Assembly: GCA_943327275.2 (NCBI GenBank)
Contig: CALPWM020000001.1
Span: 1 to 39,853, forward strand
Reading direction: 5' to 3'
Origin: Chitinophaga pinensis
GTDB taxonomy: Bacteria > Bacteroidota > Bacteroidia > Chitinophagales > Chitinophagaceae
DNA: 39,853 nt
Shown here: one piece after another, positions 29,904-37,539 of the stretch
Numbering within the stretch: the first letter of the stretch is position 1
Layout: each line of letters starts with the position of its first letter
The notes under the pieces: generated by a model
What the model saw: only the letters and a program-made list of their open reading frames with translations
Database searches by the model: none
What the model was told of the DNA's origin: nothing
Made by a program: the position numbers and the translations under genes

Positions 29904-30022
29904 TTGAGTAAATACACACAATTCCTTCATTTAAGGGATCTATCCATCAAGGATTTCCCAAAAATTGCGCTTGGTTGGGCCGATCAAGCGAAAAGACCTT
30001 AGTTCTTTTTTATCTTTGCTGC

Positions 30023-31891
30023 ATGTTCCATAAGTATGATGTTATCGTGGTTGGTGCCGGTCATGCGGGCTGTGAGGCTGCTGCCGCCGCCGCCAATATG
30101 GGAAGCAAGACCCTTCTTGTGACCATGAACCTTCAGACAATTGCCCAAATGAGTTGCAATCCTGCCATGGGCGGAATTGCAAAGGGCCAGATTGTAAGGG
30201 AGGTTGATGCACTGGGAGGATATTCTGGTATTGTTACCGACCAGACCATGATTCAATTCAGGATGTTGAACAGGTCTAAGGGTCCTGCCATGTGGAGTCC
30301 AAGGGCACAAAGTGACCGCATGCTTTTTTCCCAACGGTGGAGAGAGTTGTTGGAAAACACCCCAAACCTCGATTTTTACCAAGATATGGTCAATGGATTG
30401 CTCGTAAAAGATGGCAGGGCTAGGGGAATCATCACAGGTATGGGCAATGAGATTGAGGCCAAGTCGGTGGTATTGACCAATGGAACCTTTTTAAATGGCA
30501 TCATCCATATTGGAGAGAAGCAGTTTGGTGGTGGAAGAATGGCAGAGCGTGCGGCTACGGGTATTACTGAACAACTGGTGGAACTTGGATTTGAAAGCGA
30601 TCGACTCAAAACAGGAACACCTCCAAGGATAGATGGCCGAAGCCTGGATTATTCCAAGATGGAAGAGCAGAAGGGAGATGAAGAAATCACCGGGTTTTCT
30701 TACCTGAACATTGACAGGATTAAGCCGGAACAACAAAGAAGTTGTTGGATTGCCTACACCAATCAAACGGTGCATGATACATTAAAAACTGGCTTTGACA
30801 AAAGCCCCATGTATGCGGGCCGTATTGAAGGAACCGGGCCAAGGTATTGCCCAAGCATCGAAGACAAGATCAACCGCTTTGCCGAGCGTGACAGACACCA
30901 GTTGTTTGTTGAGCCGGAGGGATGGAATACGGTAGAGATTTACCTGAACGGATTTTCGACCTCTTTGCCGGAAGACGTTCAATACAAGTCACTGGTCAAG
31001 ATTCCAGGTTTTGAAAACGTGAAGATGTTCAGGCCGGGTTATGCCATTGAATATGATTATTTCCCACCGCACCAGCTTCACTACTCATTGGAAACCAAAC
31101 AGTTACGTGGTTTGTTCTTTGCCGGGCAGATCAATGGAACCACCGGATATGAAGAGGCTGCCTGCCAGGGGCTGATGGCTGGTATGAATGCCCACAACAA
31201 TGCTTTTGAGCGAGAGCCCTTGGTTTTGAAAAGAAGCGAAGCCTATATAGGGGTCTTGATTGATGACTTGATTACAAAAGGAACAGAGGAGCCATACAGG
31301 ATGTTTACATCACGGGCGGAATTCAGAACCCTTCTGAGGCAAGACAATGCAGACATCCGCCTGACCGAAATTGGTTACGCACAGGGATTGGCCAGTGAAG
31401 AAAGGTACCAGCAAGTGAAAAGCAAGAAAGATAATGTAGATAGGATCGTCAAAAAGTTTAGCGAGGTTTCGGTTGAGCCTGAATCCATGAATGCATTTTT
31501 TGAGGCAGCGGGTTCCGCAGCCCTTACCCAAAAACAGAAAATATCACAACTGGTCTTGCGCCCGGGAATCGGTGCCAAAGAAATGATCGAACACTCAGAA
31601 CAGCTGAAGGCTGAGTTTGGTCATTATGCTCCGCTCGAAATTGAGCAAGCGGAGATCCAGATGAAGTATGCCGTTTACCTTGAGAAGGAAAAGGAAATGG
31701 TGCAAAAAATGGCACAAATGGAAGAACTTGAAATTCCTTTAACCTTTGATTATACAAAGGTTCAGGCCATCGGCACCGAGGCGAGAGAAAAGTTGAAAAA
31801 AATTCAACCCAAAACGCTTGGCCAGGCATCCCGCATATCGGGCATCAATCCCAGCGATGTTCAGATCCTGATGGTATACATGGGCAGGTAA
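30023..31891 (+). CDS. mnmG: tRNA uridine-5-carboxymethylaminomethyl(34) synthesis enzyme MnmG (GidA)
   Basis: YDVIVVGAGHAGCEAA, MSCNPAMGG, LKTGTPPR, GPRYCPSIEDK, AGQINGTTGYEEAA, YRMFTSRAEFR; start MFHKYD at 30023. Confidence 0.98.
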   Translation: MFHKYDVIVVGAGHAGCEAAAAAANMGSKTLLVTMNLQTIAQMSCNPAMGGIAKGQIVREVDALGGYSGIVTDQTMIQFRMLNRSKGPAMWSPRAQSDRMLFSQRWRELLENTPNLDFYQDMVNGLLVKDGRARGIITGMGNEIEAKSVVLTNGTFLNGIIHIGEKQFGGGRMAERAATGITEQLVELGFESDRLKTGTPPRIDGRSLDYSKMEEQKGDEEITGFSYLNIDRIKPEQQRSCWIAYTNQTVHDTLKTGFDKSPMYAGRIEGTGPRYCPSIEDKINRFAERDRHQLFVEPEGWNTVEIYLNGFSTSLPEDVQYKSLVKIPGFENVKMFRPGYAIEYDYFPPHQLHYSLETKQLRGLFFAGQINGTTGYEEAACQGLMAGMNAHNNAFEREPLVLKRSEAYIGVLIDDLITKGTEEPYRMFTSRAEFRTLLRQDNADIRLTEIGYAQGLASEERYQQVKSKKDNVDRIVKKFSEVSVEPESMNAFFEAAGSAALTQKQKISQLVLRPGIGAKEMIEHSEQLKAEFGHYAPLEIEQAEIQMKYAVYLEKEKEMVQKMAQMEELEIPLTFDYTKVQAIGTEAREKLKKIQPKTLGQASRISGINPSDVQILMVYMGR

Positions 31892-31916
31892 GCGTAACTT
31901 GAAATCAAACCCCAAG

Positions 31917-32564
31917 ATGACAACACTGAACCCCAAAGCGCTGATTGACATATTTCCATTGTTTGATCTTCCGCTGGCAACATTTTTGCATGAGCACGGC
32001 GAAAGCAAAACATTTGAGCAGGGTTCAATACTGATGAAGCCCGGACAGTTTTTCAAATATGCCATGCTCATTGTAAGTGGCAGGGTAAAACTCTATCGCG
32101 AGGGAGAAGATGGTGAAGAGTTTTTCATGTATTTTTTGGAAAGCGGAAACGCTTGTGCACTCAGCATGATGTGCATGGCCCGCAGCCAGACCAGTACTAT
32201 CATGGCGGTTGCCCTTGAAGAAACTGAGGTCATCATGATTCCGATTCAATACATGGATACACTGATGAAAAACTACAGCGCCTGGTACCACTTTGTGATT
32301 GAAACCTACCGGAATAGGTTTGAAGAATTGCTTACTGTTGTAGACCAGATCGCTTTCAAAAACATGGATGAGCGTTTGGAGTGGTACCTGAAAAGACAAG
32401 CAAAATCCCTGGGCAACAACCTCATGCTAACGCATCAACAAATAGCACATGATATCAACTCTTCCAGAGAAGTGGTTTCCAGGCTCCTTAAAAAAATGGA
32501 AAAGACCGGCCTGGTTTCAATGGAGCGCAACAGCATTGTTTGGATGGGAGAGGAGCTTGAATAA
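31917..32564 (+). CDS. Crp/Fnr family transcriptional regulator
   Basis: cNMP-fold SGRVKLY...G.E and HTH LTHQQIAHDINSSREVVSRLLK; CALSMMC cysteine pair in the sensor domain. Confidence 0.93.
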   Translation: MTTLNPKALIDIFPLFDLPLATFLHEHGESKTFEQGSILMKPGQFFKYAMLIVSGRVKLYREGEDGEEFFMYFLESGNACALSMMCMARSQTSTIMAVALEETEVIMIPIQYMDTLMKNYSAWYHFVIETYRNRFEELLTVVDQIAFKNMDERLEWYLKRQAKSLGNNLMLTHQQIAHDINSSREVVSRLLKKMEKTGLVSMERNSIVWMGEELE

Positions 32565-32576
32565 AACCTCCTTCCG

Positions 32577-32592
32577 TGTGATAAATATCACG
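32577..32592. promoter_or_regulatory. CRP-type operator upstream of the yeeE/yedE pair
   Basis: TGTGA-TAAATA-TCACG (1 mismatch to TGTGA-N6-TCACA), 21 nt before GAATTTTG (32614-32621). Confidence 0.72.
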
Positions 32593-32658
32593 TTCAGATA
32601 AAATAAGTTTACTGAATTTTGTTTCACTCTTGTCAAGAGACAAGATTAAAAATACACG

Positions 32659-33228
32659 ATGACAATTATTGAACTGATCAAACAACCCTGGCCATGGTAT
32701 GTGGCTGGACCCATCATTGGATTGATGGTACCAACACTATTAATTTTTGGTAACAAAACATTTGGTATTTCATCATCATTGCGCCATGTATGCGCAGCAT
32801 GTTTGCCTGCCAAGATTCCATTTTTTCAGTACGATTGGAAAAAAGAAATCTGGAACTTGTTTTTTGTATTTGGCATTTTTCTTGGCGGCATCATTACGGC
32901 TATCTATTTTAAAAATGATGCAGCCGTAGTTGTTGATTCAAACCTTGTCGCGGAACTATCGGGGTATGGCATTGCTGATTTCAGCGGATTGGTTCCTGCT
33001 GATATTTTCAGTTGGGCTTCACTTGCTACACCAAGGGGTTTTATCCTGATGGTGATTGGCGGATTTCTTGTTGGTTTTGGTACACGGTATGCTGGTGGTT
33101 GTACTTCGGGTCACGCCATCATGGGCTTGTCAAATCTTCAGCTTCCCTCATTGATTGCTACGATTTCTTTCATGGCCGGGGGTTTCATCATGGCAAATCT
33201 TATTCTTCCATTTATCCTTTCATTGTAA
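32659..33228 (+). CDS. YeeE/YedE family sulfur-compound transporter subunit (short form)
   Basis: WPWYVAGPIIG, FGISSS, GGFLVGFGTRYAGGCTSGH; about 4 TM segments. Confidence 0.9.
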   Translation: MTIIELIKQPWPWYVAGPIIGLMVPTLLIFGNKTFGISSSLRHVCAACLPAKIPFFQYDWKKEIWNLFFVFGIFLGGIITAIYFKNDAAVVVDSNLVAELSGYGIADFSGLVPADIFSWASLATPRGFILMVIGGFLVGFGTRYAGGCTSGHAIMGLSNLQLPSLIATISFMAGGFIMANLILPFILSL

Positions 33229-33240
33229 AAATCTACGATC

Positions 33241-33744
33241 ATGACAATAAATAAAAAATATAACAATACTGATTTTGAAGTAAGGTCGTTGGATGCCATT
33301 TGCAAAAATCAAGAAACTGTAGAAACCCCCATGTGGCATAACGTTAAATACCTTTTATTTGGTATTGCATTTGGCATTGTATTGATCAAGTCTGAAGTGG
33401 TTTCATGGTTCCGCATACAAGAAATGTTCAGGCTCCAAAGTTTTCACATGTTCGGTGTGATTGGTTCAGCAGTTGTTGTTGGAGCACTGTCCGTTTTTCT
33501 CATCAAGAAATTAAAGATCAAATCAATCCAAGGCGAAGAAATCATTCTTCCTGAAAAAACTTTTAACAAAGGACAGATTTATGGTGGATTGATTTTTGGA
33601 TTTGGATGGGCAATGACGGGAGCCTGCCCCGGTCCTTTGTTTGCTCAATTGGGATATGGTGCAATGGCAACAGCGGTAACCATTTTGATGGCCATAGCTG
33701 GTACATGGGTATATGGCCTGATCAGAGAAAAACTTCCTGCATAA
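33241..33744 (+). CDS. YeeE/YedE family sulfur-compound transporter subunit (short form, partner)
   Basis: GIAFGIVL, RIQEMF, GGLIFGFGWAMTGACPGP. Confidence 0.9.
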   Translation: MTINKKYNNTDFEVRSLDAICKNQETVETPMWHNVKYLLFGIAFGIVLIKSEVVSWFRIQEMFRLQSFHMFGVIGSAVVVGALSVFLIKKLKIKSIQGEEIILPEKTFNKGQIYGGLIFGFGWAMTGACPGPLFAQLGYGAMATAVTILMAIAGTWVYGLIREKLPA

Positions 33745-33760
33745 ATCAAGAACATTTATT

Positions 33761-35569
33761 TTACCTGAACTCATATCCGAATCCCATCAATTGGGTCAGC
33801 AGAGAATTCGGTGCATCGGTTGCAGTGCAACGACCTTCAAGTTTTGGTGCAATGGGAGAATTCACTTTTAAATATTCTTCAATAACACTGTGCAATGTAG
33901 CGCCCAGTCTCTTGGGATTTTTAACGCCTTCAACACGACAAATCGTTGTGTCGGGATCTCCCTCGCGTTCGCAGGCAACGAAGCTGTATGTTTTTTCAAG
34001 GTCCAGGGCTTGGTTGGCCACCTTGATCCAGTTGACTCTTTTTCCCGCATCGTTTCCAATGGTGAAGTTGACTTCCACTCCTTTGAAACGCACCACCCAT
34101 CCACCAAAGCGCTTGGCAGGATCTTTGGCAAATGCATTTTGTAATTCTTTCTCCATCCAATCCCAAAGTTGTTTTCCGGTGATGAATCCTTTTTTCGCTT
34201 CGCTATCAACCGGTAACATGTTCCACAAATAATCAACCGTGATGATGGCTTCGCCTGTTGCAGGATCTGGTACAAGCGGTGGACAAAAACGGAAACCATT
34301 GCTCAGGGCAATGTCTGGTTTGAACTTCCACATGATCGCATCGGTGATGAAATTATCCATTGGCGTTTCAATCACGTAGTAACGCATCAATGGTGTTTTC
34401 GATTTTCCGATAACACGGTTCAATTCTTTTTTATAAGGCTCACGTGCTTTCTCTACCAATCGTTTCATTTCCTCGTCCTGCTTGTACACAAGCGGATCAA
34501 CATCCATCAGTTGATACGTATGGTCTTTGACGATTCCGTTCTCAACAACGATATCCAGTTTTGCAATGAACGATCCGAACGCACCGGGTTCTGTTACTTT
34601 TGTATGTACACCTTGTATAGGCGTTCTGACGCGCTCATGTGTATCTGCACCCAAAATATAATCAACGCCTTTTACTTGCGGCAGATTGGCCAAGCCCACT
34701 TGTTGTGCCAAGCCCATGTGTGTAAGGAGAAAAACCATATCACACAATTCATACTCCTTCAGGATTTTTATATATTTTGAAACATTGAGCTCCGGCGTGG
34801 TAAACTTGATGCCATCGCTGTAAGCAGGAGATTGGCGCTTGGGTGTAAGCGGATCATTGTATCCGATAAACCCAATTTTGATGCCAGCAATATGTTTTAT
34901 AAAATAAGGTGGAAAGATGAGGTCTCCCTTCATTTCGTCTTGGGTATCGTGGAACATGTTGGCACATACTTTTACTCCGTCGTATGCGAACATGTCTTTC
35001 ATCATCATTTCCTTTCCATACACCACTTCCCAGTTGCCCGGCAACATGATGTCATATCCTATATTGTTCATGAGTGGAACAATGGCCCTGCCTTTGCTCA
35101 TGGCAGCAACGCCGCTTCCCTGAAAACAATCGCCACCATCAATCAACAACGTGTTGGATTTGTTTTGGTTGCGAATGGTATTGATCATGGATTTCATTGT
35201 GGCAAATCCCCCCCGTTTTTTAAAAACAGGTTTTCCATTTTCCATGAAAAACTCATCGTGTACCATGAGTTGTGAATGGATGTCTGCCGTATGCAGCAGT
35301 GTCAACTTTGTGGCTTTCCCATCAAGAACAGCCTTGTTGTTGGACATGGATTTTTCCTTGTAGGCAGATTCTTCGTTGTTGAGCGCTGATGCTGCAACGG
35401 GTGATCCAATCAGTCCGCCTCCGATACCGAGACCTAATCCCAGCTTTGTTGATCTTCTTAGAAAATCCCTTCTGCTGTTTTCAGAAAGCGCAACATGTAA
35501 TTCTTTTTCTGCCTTGCTGATGGAGACTGCATGACAAGCGTTGCAGGAGCAATTTTTTGTATGAGACAT
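33761..35569 (-). CDS. Tat-exported SoxB-like dimetal hydrolase (5'-nucleotidase superfamily; putative thiosulfohydrolase)
   Basis: Tat motif SRRDFLR; metal motifs HTADIHSQ, DGGDCFQGS, PGNWE (Trp as in SoxB GHWE, not the nucleotidase GNHE), LTHMG, GADTHE; SoxB-like C-terminus SNGFRF...NAFAKDPAKRFGGWVVR; sulfur gene context. Confidence 0.75.
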   Translation of the reverse strand: MSHTKNCSCNACHAVSISKAEKELHVALSENSRRDFLRRSTKLGLGLGIGGGLIGSPVAASALNNEESAYKEKSMSNNKAVLDGKATKLTLLHTADIHSQLMVHDEFFMENGKPVFKKRGGFATMKSMINTIRNQNKSNTLLIDGGDCFQGSGVAAMSKGRAIVPLMNNIGYDIMLPGNWEVVYGKEMMMKDMFAYDGVKVCANMFHDTQDEMKGDLIFPPYFIKHIAGIKIGFIGYNDPLTPKRQSPAYSDGIKFTTPELNVSKYIKILKEYELCDMVFLLTHMGLAQQVGLANLPQVKGVDYILGADTHERVRTPIQGVHTKVTEPGAFGSFIAKLDIVVENGIVKDHTYQLMDVDPLVYKQDEEMKRLVEKAREPYKKELNRVIGKSKTPLMRYYVIETPMDNFITDAIMWKFKPDIALSNGFRFCPPLVPDPATGEAIITVDYLWNMLPVDSEAKKGFITGKQLWDWMEKELQNAFAKDPAKRFGGWVVRFKGVEVNFTIGNDAGKRVNWIKVANQALDLEKTYSFVACEREGDPDTTICRVEGVKNPKRLGATLHSVIEEYLKVNSPIAPKLEGRCTATDAPNSLLTQLMGFGYEFR

Positions 35570-35580
35570 GGTTGCGTTTT

Positions 35581-36558
35581 TTATTTTCTTGCATCAATGA
35601 TGGGCTTGAACGGGCCGAACTTGTGTTGTTGTTCATTAAAGCCATCTGTATAGGGACCGAATGGGTGATCAATCGGTTTCTTTGAAACATTGGGCCAATC
35701 TTTGCTCAGGTCTTTGGTGGGGCGGGGCCTGGAATTCACAAAGGCAGCTACATCCCAACTTTCTTCATCAGTTAAAACCGGGGCTCGGTGTGTTGCCTGA
35801 TTAAGGGGCATGTTGTCGCGCACATATCCCGCGAAGCGGGAAAGGCGAAACAAACCTGCGCCAATATTATAACTGTGTTCTCCCCAGAGCGGAGGATAGG
35901 TATATGATTTTGCATCTGCTGCCATCAGCCCTTCGCCATTGGCGCCATGGCAGCTCTGGCATTTTGCAGTATAAACGACCTGGCCTTTTTCCGGACTGGC
36001 TGCACGATCAAGGTACTCGGGAGGTTTAATGCCAGAGCCTTTCGGGATGCTGTCTTTGGGAACTTGATATCCAACCCATTTGATGTAAGCAATCATCGCT
36101 TTCATTTCGCGGCTGTTGCTATCAAGGGCGCTGCCGTTCAGGCTTCTTTCCATGCAATCGCTCACCCTTTTATAAACTGTTTCGATGGTTCCGCTCCTGT
36201 CACGAAACTTCGGATAGTTGGCGGCAACAGCTCCGTAATTGTTGCCCCATGTTTTTCTTCCTGCGTTGAGGTGACAGTTCTGGCAATTCATGCCGTTCGT
36301 GACATGTGCCACGGAACCATTGGGTCCTAAGTATCTGGATGTATTGGCAATTAGTTCTTCACCATAAATCACCAGCGCTCTCTCTTCACCCTGCACAGAC
36401 CTGTCAGTGAACAAACTTGGGGCCGTCCATCCTTCAGCAACGAGTGCGGGCATTTCCCTTTCTGGCTTGTTGACAAATTCAATGGTTTTAACGGAGATGG
36501 CCAGCACCAGTGCAATGGTTATTGAATAGATGATCCAGTTTTGTTTCGAATTGTTCAT
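35581..36558 (-). CDS. tsdA: Diheme c-type cytochrome, thiosulfate dehydrogenase/tetrathionate reductase (TsdA) family
   Basis: Two CxxCH motifs (CQNCH, CQSCH), YPKFR, RVSDCMERSLNG carrying the catalytic heme-1 Cys, PPLWG..SYNIGAG, NMP heme-2 ligand loop; N-terminal membrane anchor. Confidence 0.82.
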   Translation of the reverse strand: MNNSKQNWIIYSITIALVLAISVKTIEFVNKPEREMPALVAEGWTAPSLFTDRSVQGEERALVIYGEELIANTSRYLGPNGSVAHVTNGMNCQNCHLNAGRKTWGNNYGAVAANYPKFRDRSGTIETVYKRVSDCMERSLNGSALDSNSREMKAMIAYIKWVGYQVPKDSIPKGSGIKPPEYLDRAASPEKGQVVYTAKCQSCHGANGEGLMAADAKSYTYPPLWGEHSYNIGAGLFRLSRFAGYVRDNMPLNQATHRAPVLTDEESWDVAAFVNSRPRPTKDLSKDWPNVSKKPIDHPFGPYTDGFNEQQHKFGPFKPIIDARK

Positions 36559-36607
36559 TTCCTCTTCTTATGGTGAACTAAATATAAATCAATTCGAAAG
36601 GATGATA

Positions 36608-36623
36608 TGTGATTTTGGTCACA
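36608..36623. promoter_or_regulatory. CRP-type operator upstream of the tsdA / soxB-like operon
   Basis: Perfect TGTGA-TTTTGG-TCACA, 21 nt before minus-strand TATATTTA (36586-36579). Confidence 0.78.
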
Positions 36624-36626
36624 TGG

Positions 36627-37379
36627 TCAATGCATTTCATTGCCATATTCCTTAATGATGGCCTTGTTAAGTGATTCCCCAATTTTTCTTAATTCGATAA
36701 GCTTGGCGTTCAAGTAGCGGTTGGTATTTAGTCCAATGGAAACAAGGTTTAGCAATTCGTTGAGGGCGGCCTTATTTTTCTGGGTAATGTCATCTGCCTT
36801 GGCGGGCGGCTGAAACCGCATGATTCCCTCTATTTGGTTGATAGACATTTCATATAGAATAACCGCATCCATCACTTCTGCCATTTTGAAACGTCCTTTT
36901 TCAAGTGTTCTTTCCCGCAGCTCCTCTAGTTTGTCGATGGAGCTCAGCATGCGTTCATATTCCTGAATTCCCGAACTGATTGTCTTATTTCTGACCATCC
37001 TTAATCCACCGGCTGATTTGATCTGATCAAATCCAATACGAGAACTTTCGAATGTAGACCGCAGGGCCAAGTTTCGGACATAATAATAAACCTCTTCGTT
37101 GGTGATGGATTGATTGTTCTTTTTTTGAAATAGCGTGTCGAGAGCTTTTAGTCGTGTCTCATTGGATCGCACTACATTATCACAGGATTGAAAATCAAGC
37201 AGTAAATCTTCATGCACATTTTTCAGGTAAGAGATTTCCCTGTGTTTTTCAATTTGCGTTTCGCGAAGATTTTCTGCGAAAAATCCAAGGGTGACAGCTG
37301 CAAACAACATCACGAACTCTGTGATGTATTCCTTCCATGCTTTTTTATGCGTGGGATGGTGGGGGTGATGAACTTCCAT
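36627..37379 (-). CDS. Hypothetical single-pass membrane protein with His-rich N-terminus (MEVHH type)
   Basis: MEVHHPHHPTHKKAWKEYITEFVMLFAAVTLGFFAENLRE followed by a helical domain; start reassigned to 37379. Confidence 0.8.
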   Translation of the reverse strand: MEVHHPHHPTHKKAWKEYITEFVMLFAAVTLGFFAENLRETQIEKHREISYLKNVHEDLLLDFQSCDNVVRSNETRLKALDTLFQKKNNQSITNEEVYYYVRNLALRSTFESSRIGFDQIKSAGGLRMVRNKTISSGIQEYERMLSSIDKLEELRERTLEKGRFKMAEVMDAVILYEMSINQIEGIMRFQPPAKADDITQKNKAALNELLNLVSIGLNTNRYLNAKLIELRKIGESLNKAIIKEYGNEMH

Positions 37380-37539
37380 TTTTTGAAATATAAGCGCCTT
37401 AAAGATAAGATTGATATTTCTCCTAATCAAATGCCAACTAAATATTATTGACCATGAATCATTCGGTTAATGAAATAGAAAACGCACTAAAAATAAACCG
37501 AAACGCGGCACATATGGTTTAACCGCTCAGCATGGTAAT

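Noticed and set aside
29438-29905. Repeated palindromes as a possible CRISPR array
   Set aside because: The repeat core is 16-18 bp and matches parS; spacing is irregular (147, 83, 194 bp) and no cas genes are present.
29235-30002. Short ORFs containing MFHVEH or VPRGT (29235..29480-, 29370..29576+, 29817..30002+)
   Set aside because: These peptides are translations of the parS palindrome ATGTTCCACGTGGAACAT; there is no other coding signal.
33761-35569. Calling the gene an ordinary 5'-nucleotidase, or a canonical soxB of a full Sox system
   Set aside because: It lacks the GNHE catalytic His of nucleotidases, but also deviates from SoxB GHWE/GGHTH and has no soxXAYZ neighbours; left as SoxB-like without a symbol.
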